Positions 36,286-45,142 of a stretch of DNA of 60,860 nt are shown in pieces. The DNA lies in assembly GCA_035626895.1 (NCBI GenBank), contig DASPMU010000060.1:1-60860 (forward strand). Direction: 5' to 3'. The notes beneath the pieces were generated by a model. That model saw only the letters and a program-made list of their open reading frames with translations. It was not told the origin of the DNA and ran no database searches. Both the position numbers and the translations under genes were made by a program. Every line of letters starts with the position of its first letter. Within the stretch, counting starts at the first letter, position 1. Origin of the DNA: Alphaproteobacteria bacterium. Lineage in GTDB: Archaea; Nanobdellota; Nanobdellia; Woesearchaeales; UBA9642.

Positions 36286-39258
36286 ATGGGAGTAACTGAG
36301 CGTATAATATTATTAGTATGCGGGGTGTTTATTATCAGTTCGGACCACAATAATTCAGATTCAGAAAGTGTTGAAAATTTAGACTTTACTAAAGTAAAGG
36401 AATTCATAAAAAGCAAGCATTTTAGCACATTGCTTTTAGTTCTATTGGTTTTGATACCAGTAATTCTTACAATGTATATCAGGCTTTCACCGCTAGAATT
36501 AGGCCAGACTGATAGCTGGGCAGAAAGTTCAGTCCATAATTATTACAGAAACGGAATAGCGCAGCAAGTTGCAGCGCAATATCCTAATTTGCCTGAAGCA
36601 AACAGAGCGCAGCTAGTTGAGCAGCAATTCCAGGAATTTGCAAAGAGCAACAAAGAAACACTTGAGCAGCAAGTTGCTCAGACTTCTGAATATTTCAAGA
36701 CAGGTTTTAGATACACTGAAAACGGAAATACATACGTTTTCCTCGGAGACCTTGATTCATATTTCTATTTAAGACAAGCAAGAAACATTGCAGAGAAAGG
36801 AATGGTCTGCGATGAAATTCGCGACGGAAAATGTTATGACTCATACAAATTTGCTCCACTAGGAGAGGAAGCTTCACCATCAATGCATCCTTACGGAATA
36901 TTCTATTTATACAAAGTATTGCATTTCTTCAATGATAAGGCAAATCTAATGCACGCAGCATTTATATTGCCAACAATTCTTGCAGTAATTGCAGCAATAT
37001 CCGCGTTTTTCATCGGAAGAAGACTAATGAATACAGCAGCAGGATTCTTTGCTTCAATGTTTGTAACATTAAGCCCGATGTTTATTACAAGATCACTTGG
37101 ATCTGATACTGACATCTGGAATATCATGTTCCCACTCGTAGTATTATGGATAGTTCTTGAAGCTATACACACAGATAAATTAAATTGGAAAATCGGCCTT
37201 ACAGCATTTGCAGGATTAGTCCTTGGAATATTCTGCTGGGCATGGGGAGGCTGGTGGTATATCTTTGATTTCATCATATTGACTTTGATAGCATACATTG
37301 GAATAGTTCTCCTGAAGAATTATCTCAAGCATAAGAATTTCAAGCACATGATGAATAAGGATGTAAAAGACACAGCAATAGTTCTTGGAGTATTATTTGT
37401 CAGCGCATTCATCTTTGTTGTAATGTTCAATTCGATACATTCATTTACAAATACAATAAATGAGCCTCTGGCAAGAAACACTCAGTTAAAGGCAGCAACT
37501 AACATGGACCTTTGGCCAAACGTTCTGACAACAGTTGCAGAATTAAATGAAGCAGGCCTTGGAACAATAATCGGCCAGACAGCATTTGGCTCAGCCGGAC
37601 TTTTCACATTAGCGCTTCTTGGAATCATATTCACAATGGTAAGACGCGAGCCAAGGCTCAAGGATTATCTATTGATAATATTTTCAGCATTGCTATTCTT
37701 GTATTTGACATCAGCAAGCGGCCAGGCATTAAAGCCTACAACATTCTTGATACTGCTAATAGCAACAGTTGCTGTCGCAGTATTCATGTATATATTCGAC
37801 AAAGATGAAGACCACGCAGGACATCACAAGATAGACATCAGAGCTGGACTATTATTCACATTATGGTTCATCGCAATGATCTATGCAAGTACTAAAGGTG
37901 TCAGATTCATCATGATGTTAACACCAGTATTCGGAATCGCTCTTGGAATTGCATTCGGATATATCTACCAATACTTAGTAAGAGTATTCAAAGACTGGAT
38001 GAACATGAACCTGAATCTTTCAAAAGTAATTGCATTCGGACTCCTTTGCTTAATTTTGATAATGCCACTTCAAGTCGGAATTGCAGCAGGAAAAGGCTAC
38101 ATGCCATCAATGACAACAGGATGGTGGGATTCTCTTGGAAAGATAAGAGAACAGTCAGAGCCTGATGCAATAATTAATTCATGGTGGGACTTTGGACACT
38201 GGTTCAAGTATGTTGCAGACAGAAGAGTAACTCTTGATGGAGCATCGCAGAACCATCCTAACGCGCATTGGCTTGGAAAAATACTCCAGACAAATAATGA
38301 AAGAGAAAGCGTCGGAATACTAAGGATGCTTGATTGTGGATCTAATACTGCATTTGAATTAGTCAACCAGAAGTTCCAGGACACTGAAATATCGCAAAAT
38401 ATTGTCGCTAAATTAGTCGTAATGAACAAGGCAGATTCAATAGAACTCCTTGAAGAGAATGGCTTTACAAGTACAGAAATAGACGAGATAATGAAAAACA
38501 TGTACTGCGACGCACCTGAAGATTATTTCATAACATCAGGCGATATGGTCGGAAAAGCAGGAGTGTGGGCGCACTTTGGACTTTGGGATTTCGACAGGGC
38601 ATTTATAATAAATAATATATTAAACGAAGAGAAGAGCTTGCCAGAGGCAATAGCAATAATGAAAGAAAGATGGAATTACACTGAAGAAGAAGCAACAAGA
38701 ATATACTATGATATACAAGCGCTTTCATCAGACAGGGCAATGAATGACTGGATTGCTCCATGGCCAGGCTATGCTGGCGGAACATTCATGCCATGCACTG
38801 CAACACCAGGAAATGTAGTCTATTGTAATGTAGGATTAAATCTTGGAAATAACGGCCAGGCAAATGTAGTTGTAGAAAGACTTGCAGTAAACATGTCAAA
38901 TCCGTCAAAAGCTCAAGCATTGCTTGGATTCTATGATGTAAATACTGGAGCAAGAGTTGGAGAGAGTGTAGGATCATGGACTAAAATAGTGATCGCTGAT
39001 GAAGATCTAAAGATATACACGCCAACAAACGCTACAATAAACTTCGGCGCATTGATCAGAGTACAGCATGAAAACAACAACACATACTACAGCTTGCTGC
39101 TTGCAGATCAGCTCTTGATAGATTCAACATTCACAAAGCTATTCTATCTTGACGGAAAATACAGCGATAAATATTTCGAGAAATTCTCGGATGTAACAGA
39201 TATCACTGGAACAAGAATAATAATCTGGAAGGTAAAGTGGCCGACAGATGCTGAGTAA
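36286..39258 (+). CDS. aglB: STT3/AglB-type oligosaccharyltransferase
   Basis: Polytopic N-terminal half with FLGDLDSYFYLRQAR and GSDTDIWN loop motifs. Catalytic-site motif INSWWDFGHWFKYVADRRVTLDGASQNHPNAHWLGKIL (WWDYG plus DK-type region, as in eukaryotic STT3). ~350-aa soluble C-terminal domain. The true start may be the GTG at 36325 (see findings). Confidence 0.9.
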   Translation: MGVTERIILLVCGVFIISSDHNNSDSESVENLDFTKVKEFIKSKHFSTLLLVLLVLIPVILTMYIRLSPLELGQTDSWAESSVHNYYRNGIAQQVAAQYPNLPEANRAQLVEQQFQEFAKSNKETLEQQVAQTSEYFKTGFRYTENGNTYVFLGDLDSYFYLRQARNIAEKGMVCDEIRDGKCYDSYKFAPLGEEASPSMHPYGIFYLYKVLHFFNDKANLMHAAFILPTILAVIAAISAFFIGRRLMNTAAGFFASMFVTLSPMFITRSLGSDTDIWNIMFPLVVLWIVLEAIHTDKLNWKIGLTAFAGLVLGIFCWAWGGWWYIFDFIILTLIAYIGIVLLKNYLKHKNFKHMMNKDVKDTAIVLGVLFVSAFIFVVMFNSIHSFTNTINEPLARNTQLKAATNMDLWPNVLTTVAELNEAGLGTIIGQTAFGSAGLFTLALLGIIFTMVRREPRLKDYLLIIFSALLFLYLTSASGQALKPTTFLILLIATVAVAVFMYIFDKDEDHAGHHKIDIRAGLLFTLWFIAMIYASTKGVRFIMMLTPVFGIALGIAFGYIYQYLVRVFKDWMNMNLNLSKVIAFGLLCLILIMPLQVGIAAGKGYMPSMTTGWWDSLGKIREQSEPDAIINSWWDFGHWFKYVADRRVTLDGASQNHPNAHWLGKILQTNNERESVGILRMLDCGSNTAFELVNQKFQDTEISQNIVAKLVVMNKADSIELLEENGFTSTEIDEIMKNMYCDAPEDYFITSGDMVGKAGVWAHFGLWDFDRAFIINNILNEEKSLPEAIAIMKERWNYTEEEATRIYYDIQALSSDRAMNDWIAPWPGYAGGTFMPCTATPGNVVYCNVGLNLGNNGQANVVVERLAVNMSNPSKAQALLGFYDVNTGARVGESVGSWTKIVIADEDLKIYTPTNATINFGALIRVQHENNNTYYSLLLADQLLIDSTFTKLFYLDGKYSDKYFEKFSDVTDITGTRIIIWKVKWPTDAE

Positions 39259-39314
39259 TGAAAATAAAATGATAATATTGAATGACTTGAAACGTGGGAT
39301 TGCGGGGGATAACG

Positions 39315-39947
39315 ATGCATAAAAATAAACTTGACGAGATATATGCAGAGTCGCAGAATGCGGCAGAATATTCAAAGAAGTATTCAGAATATCTTGCTAC
39401 ATTAATACTCACGATGGACCATGACAAAGTCGGGCAGATAGTTGATCTTCTGCTGCAAGCGCAAGAAAATGATAAGTCAATATTTTTCATCGGAAACGGC
39501 GGAAGTGCAGCAACAGCAACGCATTACAATTGTGATTTTGGCAAGGGAACAAAAACTGGCGACAAGACTAAGTTCTTCAAGACATTTTCATTTGCAGACA
39601 ACGTCTCTTCATTTACAGCAATAGGAAATGATGATGGTTATGAATACGTTTTCAGAAACCAGCTTGAGAATTTCCTAAAAGAAGGAGACATCGTGTTTAG
39701 TATATCAGCATCTGGAAATTCCCCCAACTTGATTAAGGCAGTGGAATACGCAAAAGAAGTTGGCGCAATAACAATAAGCCTTCTTGGCTTTGACGGCGGA
39801 AAATTAAAAGACATGTCAGATATTGCATTCGTCATAGAAACAAGAAAAGGCGAATATGGCCCGGTCGAAGACGCTCACATGATACTAGATCACATAATGA
39901 GCACATATATATTCAGATTATTCAAAGAATATCAGGAGAAGAATTAA
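39315..39947 (+). CDS. gmhA: SIS-domain sedoheptulose-7-phosphate isomerase (GmhA-like)
   Basis: IFFIGNGGSAATATHYNCDF...FSISASGNSPNLIKAVEYAKEVGAITISLLGFDGGKLK is the GmhA-type SIS pattern. The ATG at 39315 is preferred over the listed GTG at 39294. Confidence 0.75.
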   Translation: MHKNKLDEIYAESQNAAEYSKKYSEYLATLILTMDHDKVGQIVDLLLQAQENDKSIFFIGNGGSAATATHYNCDFGKGTKTGDKTKFFKTFSFADNVSSFTAIGNDDGYEYVFRNQLENFLKEGDIVFSISASGNSPNLIKAVEYAKEVGAITISLLGFDGGKLKDMSDIAFVIETRKGEYGPVEDAHMILDHIMSTYIFRLFKEYQEKN

Positions 39948-39951
39948 TAAA

Positions 39952-40983
39952 ATGGTTGACGCAGAAAGATTAAAACAATTGCTCGAAAATTCTAAAGTCA
40001 AAGATATTGATGGGTTGTTTAATTCATTAAAAGATATCAAAGTGATGATAATCGGGGATACAATAATAGATCATTACGTATTTGTACATCCTAAAGGAAG
40101 GGCTGTAAAAGATCCAATACTTTCTGTAGAATATCTTAGAGATGAAAAATACGCTGGAGGCGTCCTGGCAGTTGCAAGGCACGTGAGCGACTTTGTAGAC
40201 AAAATAAAAGTAGTCACGCTTCTTGGAGAAAAAGAAGATCATCATGAATTCATCCAGGATTCAATAAAAGGAAAGAATATTGACATGGACGTTTTCATCA
40301 AGCCTAACGCATTCACGACAGTCAAAAGAAGATACATCGATTATCACAGGGGAAATAAGCTGTTTAAGATAGAGCATATTGATGAAAAAGATGTAGACGC
40401 CCAGCTTACAAAAAAAATAACAGAATACTTAATCAAAGAGCTTCCTTCATATGATCTTGTAATGGTATCAGATTTCGGCCACGGATTCTTGAATAGCGAG
40501 CTTCGAAAAGTAATTGAAGAAAACTCAAAATATTTGACAATAAACGTACAATCAAATAGCTCTAACATGGGATATAATTATGTTACAAGATATAGCAAGG
40601 CAGACTATCTCACAATGAACGAGACAGAAATAAGGCTTCCTCTAATGATGCGCTATGAAGATATATCAGAAGTCATGAAAGAATTCAGCAACAAGACTAA
40701 TTTCAAGAATTATCTTGTAACTTTAGGAAGGCGCGGCTCAGTTTTCAGTACAGGGGAAAAGATGCATGATGCTCCTCTTCTTGCAACAACAGTAGTTGAC
40801 ACTGTCGGCGCTGGGGACGCAGTATTCTCATTTACGTCCCTATTAGTATTCAAGAAAATCGACCATGAATTAATACCATTCTTTGCAAACTGCGCAGGCG
40901 GAGTTGCAACAAACATAATGGGAAACAAAGACAGCATAGATAAAGAATCGATCAAGAAATTTATTCTTGCGATGAATGCTTAA
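39952..40983 (+). CDS. PfkB-family sugar kinase (HldE domain-I/RfaE-like heptose-7-phosphate kinase candidate)
   Basis: VMIIGDTIIDHYVFV near the N-terminus and the ATP-site motif VVDTVGAGDAVFS. Directly follows the GmhA-like gene. Confidence 0.65.
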   Translation: MVDAERLKQLLENSKVKDIDGLFNSLKDIKVMIIGDTIIDHYVFVHPKGRAVKDPILSVEYLRDEKYAGGVLAVARHVSDFVDKIKVVTLLGEKEDHHEFIQDSIKGKNIDMDVFIKPNAFTTVKRRYIDYHRGNKLFKIEHIDEKDVDAQLTKKITEYLIKELPSYDLVMVSDFGHGFLNSELRKVIEENSKYLTINVQSNSSNMGYNYVTRYSKADYLTMNETEIRLPLMMRYEDISEVMKEFSNKTNFKNYLVTLGRRGSVFSTGEKMHDAPLLATTVVDTVGAGDAVFSFTSLLVFKKIDHELIPFFANCAGGVATNIMGNKDSIDKESIKKFILAMNA

Positions 40984-41007
40984 TCTGCTCCAACATTTTC
41001 TTATGCA

Positions 41008-41109
41008 AAAACGCCATCTGCTAGCGAACCCTCTGATAAACTATCCTTTTCGTCTAGACTCGTAGGCGGCAAACGATTAAAGAATAAAATGTGAGCCTGA
41101 TGGCGTTTT
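41008..41109 (+). repeat. Copy 4 of the ~95-nt structured repeat
   Basis: 11-nt terminal complementarity AAAACGCCATC (41008-41018) / GATGGCGTTTT (41099-41109). Core 41045-41084 CCTTTTCGTCTAGACTCGTAGGCGGCAAACGATTAAAGAA. Starts about 24 nt after the stop of the + strand kinase gene, in the same sense, and ends in a T-run. Confidence 0.8.
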
Positions 41110-41131
41110 GTATTATAGATTATTTACTTGC

Positions 41132-41482
41132 CTACGGCTTTAGCGCAATAATCAGGATTATTCCGACAATTATCAAGGACATTCCAATCCATTTACGCAG
41201 GCTGATCTTTTCTTTTAGAATGTTATGAGATAGCAGATATACCCAGATATAAGTAAGGGAGGTCAAAGGATATATTAGAGAGAGATTGTCAAGAGTCAAT
41301 GCATATATGTAGGTGACAGTTCCTATAATATACATTATTGCCGCCCCATACAGATATTTATTTTTGATTTGCTTGAAAATATTCAGATTGAATTCTTTGG
41401 ATGCTTTCTTCATGAATAAAGATGTGAGAGCGCCAGCTATCGTGCATGCGATTATAAGTATTAATATTAGCAGCGTTTCCAT
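41132..41482 (-). CDS. Small EamA/SMR-like membrane protein, second of a pair (ArnE/ArnF-like)
   Basis: 116 aa of hydrophobic helices (LTSLFMKKASKEF...LSLIYPLTSLTYIWVYLL). Abuts its partner (start 41482, partner stop 41484). Confidence 0.5.
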   Translation of the reverse strand: METLLILILIIACTIAGALTSLFMKKASKEFNLNIFKQIKNKYLYGAAIMYIIGTVTYIYALTLDNLSLIYPLTSLTYIWVYLLSHNILKEKISLRKWIGMSLIIVGIILIIALKP

Positions 41483-41483
41483 T

Positions 41484-41945
41484 TTAATCTTTATCCGATC
41501 CTATCAATATGACTCCTATTATGATAATTATTATTCCAATTATTTGCGCAAAGAAGATTTTTTCTCCAAGCACAAAATAAGAAAGCATAGATACCCACAT
41601 GAAATTTAGGCTCATGAAAGGATAAGCATAGCTTAGATTAACATTTTTCATTGAATAAATAAGGAAAATTGCCCCGAAAGCATACAAAACTATTCCTGTA
41701 AGCAAATAAGGATTGAATATTATAGATTGAGCCATGTAATAGCTTACTGACAAGTGCTGGGCGCCAAGCTTTAGAAACAATTGGCCAAATGATGTGCATA
41801 TTGTCGCAAGAAGTATGAATATTAGAAAAGAATGTTTATGAGATAATTCCTTGAATCCTTGTAAGTATTCCTTAAAAGATCCTGGCTTAGATGTTGATCC
41901 TGATCCACTCACCTTTCTCTTTCCTTTGCTAGTCTTAGATTTCAT
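41484..41945 (-). CDS. Small EamA/SMR-like membrane protein, first of the pair
   Basis: Basic N-terminus MKSKTSKGKRKVSGSGS followed by hydrophobic helices. Its start overlaps the stop of the upstream GT-C-like gene by 1 nt. Confidence 0.5.
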   Translation of the reverse strand: MKSKTSKGKRKVSGSGSTSKPGSFKEYLQGFKELSHKHSFLIFILLATICTSFGQLFLKLGAQHLSVSYYMAQSIIFNPYLLTGIVLYAFGAIFLIYSMKNVNLSYAYPFMSLNFMWVSMLSYFVLGEKIFFAQIIGIIIIIIGVILIGSDKD

Positions 41946-43903
41946 TATTGAGGAATACGTACTTCATATAATGCAGCAAGTTCTTGGCCGTTTGAACTAT
42001 AAGACCATACCTTGCTTAGAATTGGATCAATACTAGGATTCCATGGATGCATGACGCTCTGATAATTTTGAGGGCTTGCAATAATCAATCTATGCTGCAT
42101 TACGTCTGGGCCCCTAACTGACGGGTCAAGCCAGCCATTTTCAATTGCATAAGATACATTGTTTTCTTGAAGCGCAAGTTCTATATTTACATCATAAACC
42201 ATAAGCAAAGGATCGAACAATCCTACAACTCTTCCCTGCCCGTCAAGCTGGAATTCGCTGTTTATCCAGTAATAATCCCAGTATAGATATTTTACATCGT
42301 ATTTTTTTAGAAGATCAATTTTCTTCTCTAAATTTTGACCGTAGAGCATTATTGCAAGATCTTTTTCCCTTATATCTGATTGTATATATTGGAATTGCCC
42401 GGCGTGTCCTCTTCGTGAGGCAACTATCTTTCTTCCAGTCATAGAGTTTACTGCAAAGCCAAGTTCCTTAGGAGTAATTATTGTGTCAGTGACTTCTGAA
42501 TTTTCAAGCAGATACTCTTGCAGAGAAACATAGTTCTCCCCGAATGGAGCCTTTCCTGATTCATACCATTTGTTTGCAGTATAAACATCAAATGCCTGAT
42601 AAAGAAGAAGAAAGCCCAAAAGCATGACGATGATTCCTATATAATCTATTATTTTCCTATTTAGATTTCTTCCTAAAAATCCGCCAAGCATTGCCCCGAA
42701 TACTTTGACTCCGTAGCATACAAATATTGCCTGCACAAAATAGAATGTTATCATCAGATAATCAGCAACAAAGTTTATCCCGAAGAAATTCTGCGTGACG
42801 AGGAAATGCAGGACTATTATGCTATAGCAAGTGAATAAAAATATTGCAAACTTTGTTTCCTCTTTCTTGTTTTTCAGGAAAAATGCCCCGAACAATCCCA
42901 AAAGGGAGAATAACGATAACACTATTCCTTTAAGTGTAAAACCGTGGAAGAAATTCTGCTTGATGAACATCCAAAGAAGCGCCATCTGATATTTGAAAGT
43001 ATATTCATATCCGATGAACATGTTTGCCTTTCCATGGAATACAAATAATGGCGCATACCACCAAAGCAGCGCAACTATTGTTCCCATTATTGCAACAATT
43101 GCATAATCAAGAAGATTGTCGATATTTATGCTTGAGAAAAATCTTTTGCCAGGATTTGATTCAGCAGAATTTTTCCTGAAATTCTTGTAAATGTTCTGAT
43201 ACAATTCATAATATAGGAAAGTAAGTATCAAGAAGAATGTTGAAGATATAAATATTATAGAATGAGTAATTCCTGTAATTCCATACATCAGGCCCAAGAG
43301 AATGCCGTTCATTATTGATTTATGGAATACAAACCTGTAAAGGCACAAAAGGAACAATGGTACAATTAATATCATTCCAAATGACAAATACTTATAGACA
43401 GGCAGGCCAGTCAGGACTGTAAATATTGCTGAGCCGAATATTGCTATATAATAATCATCAAATAACTTATATAATAAATAGAACGCGACAGTCATTCCGA
43501 GCGCAATTATTATGTACGACATAAAATTCATTGCCGCAAATGCGTCAAGGCCAAACACCTTGGCAAAGCCTGCTGTCAGGATAGAATACAGCGGCTGATA
43601 TACGGCTATTTCGCCGTTTGACGTGCTTGAATGGAATGGATTCCCGCCGGAAAGTATATGATTTACGCTTCCCATCTGGAAATAATAATCCCCGCCGTAG
43701 ATTGGGGAAGGAAGAGAATTCATTTCCCTAGTATACATGTAGTTCAAGAATAATCCTAGAATGAATACGCCTATCATGAGGCATAATAAGACTTTATTTT
43801 TCAAAATCTTGTGCTTGAGAGTTATTGTATCTTTTGTTATTTCTTTTTCTATCTTGTGTTCAATATTTTCTATTTTATCAGTTAATGTAGATTGTCCGCT
43901 CAA
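41945..43903 (-). CDS. Polytopic GT-C-like glycosyltransferase with soluble C-terminal domain
   Basis: 652 aa. Early periplasm-type loop SPIYGGDYYFQMGSVNHILSGGNPF. Hydrophobic helices through ~aa 440, then a hydrophilic domain. Translationally coupled to the EamA-like pair. Confidence 0.45.
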   Translation of the reverse strand: MSGQSTLTDKIENIEHKIEKEITKDTITLKHKILKNKVLLCLMIGVFILGLFLNYMYTREMNSLPSPIYGGDYYFQMGSVNHILSGGNPFHSSTSNGEIAVYQPLYSILTAGFAKVFGLDAFAAMNFMSYIIIALGMTVAFYLLYKLFDDYYIAIFGSAIFTVLTGLPVYKYLSFGMILIVPLFLLCLYRFVFHKSIMNGILLGLMYGITGITHSIIFISSTFFLILTFLYYELYQNIYKNFRKNSAESNPGKRFFSSINIDNLLDYAIVAIMGTIVALLWWYAPLFVFHGKANMFIGYEYTFKYQMALLWMFIKQNFFHGFTLKGIVLSLFSLLGLFGAFFLKNKKEETKFAIFLFTCYSIIVLHFLVTQNFFGINFVADYLMITFYFVQAIFVCYGVKVFGAMLGGFLGRNLNRKIIDYIGIIVMLLGFLLLYQAFDVYTANKWYESGKAPFGENYVSLQEYLLENSEVTDTIITPKELGFAVNSMTGRKIVASRRGHAGQFQYIQSDIREKDLAIMLYGQNLEKKIDLLKKYDVKYLYWDYYWINSEFQLDGQGRVVGLFDPLLMVYDVNIELALQENNVSYAIENGWLDPSVRGPDVMQHRLIIASPQNYQSVMHPWNPSIDPILSKVWSYSSNGQELAALYEVRIPQ

Positions 43904-43950
43904 AAAACTTACCCCGTGATACTTTGTATATAATTAGTGTATCTTCATGC

Positions 43951-43964
43951 TCAAATTTATAAAT
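43951..43964. promoter_or_regulatory. TATA-like palindrome TCAAATTTATAAAT in a divergent spacer
   Basis: Lies between the divergent starts 43903 (-) and 44082 (+). A second ATTTATAAAT is at 44011-44020. Confidence 0.35.
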
Positions 43965-44010
43965 TTTCTCTACGGTAAGCAGCATTTAAACTACTCTGAA
44001 GTGGCGAAAT

Positions 44011-44020
44011 ATTTATAAAT
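44011..44020 (+). promoter_or_regulatory. TATA-like box ATTTATAAAT upstream of 44082
   Basis: About 62 nt before the ATG. A GGGGGA SD-like sequence at 44070-44075 implies a leadered transcript. Confidence 0.35.
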
Positions 44021-44081
44021 AGGATTTGTTTATCTAAATAAGCATAGATTTTGAATAAAAATATTCCATGGGGGATTTAAT

Positions 44082-45116
44082 ATGACAACAGCAAACCAGA
44101 TAGAACAATTAATAGACAGTTATAAACCAAAAGTAGATTTATCAGATAAAAAACAATTCTTAGTAAAATGGGGCCAAGCATTAGAATCATACGGAACTCC
44201 AGTTGAGTTTGTAATGTCAACAAGATTTGAAGAAGGAAAATTCGATCTTTCAGGAAAGACTTACGGTTTGAGAAGAATAATTTCAGAGAATAATGCAATG
44301 AGACAGGAATTAATGTCAAAGCAAAAGAAGTATGAAAACAAATCAGAAAAATATGATTTAAATTTAAGCCTTGATAATTGCTTCCTGTGCCAGAATATTG
44401 CCCAAGCAGAAGATTCAAAGGCAAATAGTGATGTAGCAAGCAACATTGTAGAGGAATTGCAAGATTATTATGTCCTGCCAAATAGGTATCCTGCAAACTG
44501 GGGGCATTCATTATGGATTCCAAAAAACATTGATGATATGACATTCAGAGTAGCTCCTACAGGAGAGAAAAAAGATATCTATATACCGGAAGAGGGAAAG
44601 ACTCGCGGAAAAGTATTGAAAGAAAACGAACTAAAGCAATTATTTGAACTATGCGATAATTTAGGATATGTTGCCCAAAGAAATCATGTTCTTGACGCTA
44701 TGAGCATTCCTGGACACGATCATTTCCATCTGCAGTTTGACAAGTATCCAAACTATGGAACAGTAGATATGCTAGCATTGCCTCTTGCAGCAAACAAAAT
44801 AACTAAAGGAATATACAGGGCAAATGCCACTCCATTTGATACATTAGTAATAACTCCTGCATTGAGTAATTTGCCAGAAGCTGCAGCTTACATCCTTGAA
44901 AATATGGAAAAAGATAATCAAGTATTTACTTTAGCGTATCATAAAGGAAATCTATTAGTTAGTCCTAGAAAAAACAATGAAGACAATAAGAGACTTGCAG
45001 TAGGCGCAGGCGTTCATCTTCATAGCTTCGACAAAGATCCAACTGTCGATATTGCAAATAACGTGTTGAAACATGTTCCATTGAAAGGAGAATTCAACTG
45101 GAAAAAGTATTTGTAA
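44082..45116 (+). CDS. HIT-superfamily, GalT/Ap4A-phosphorylase-branch nucleotidyltransferase/phosphorylase-like protein
   Basis: CFLCQ Cys pair, LPNRYPANWGHSLWIP, and the histidine triad variant IPGHDHFHLQF (contains both HxHxH and HxHxQ). Confidence 0.45.
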   Translation: MTTANQIEQLIDSYKPKVDLSDKKQFLVKWGQALESYGTPVEFVMSTRFEEGKFDLSGKTYGLRRIISENNAMRQELMSKQKKYENKSEKYDLNLSLDNCFLCQNIAQAEDSKANSDVASNIVEELQDYYVLPNRYPANWGHSLWIPKNIDDMTFRVAPTGEKKDIYIPEEGKTRGKVLKENELKQLFELCDNLGYVAQRNHVLDAMSIPGHDHFHLQFDKYPNYGTVDMLALPLAANKITKGIYRANATPFDTLVITPALSNLPEAAAYILENMEKDNQVFTLAYHKGNLLVSPRKNNEDNKRLAVGAGVHLHSFDKDPTVDIANNVLKHVPLKGEFNWKKYL

Positions 45117-45142
45117 ATAAAGTATAAACTAGGGAAATAAAA

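Noticed and set aside
36286-39258. Bacterial PglB rather than archaeal AglB (which would make the contig bacterial)
   Set aside because: The 990-aa length fits AglB rather than PglB. The region after WWDFGHW aligns with the eukaryote/archaeal STT3 pattern (RRVTLDGASQNHPNAHWLGK versus NRTTLVDNNTWNNSHIALVGK). The TATA-box and leaderless geometry around the island also favours an archaeal origin.
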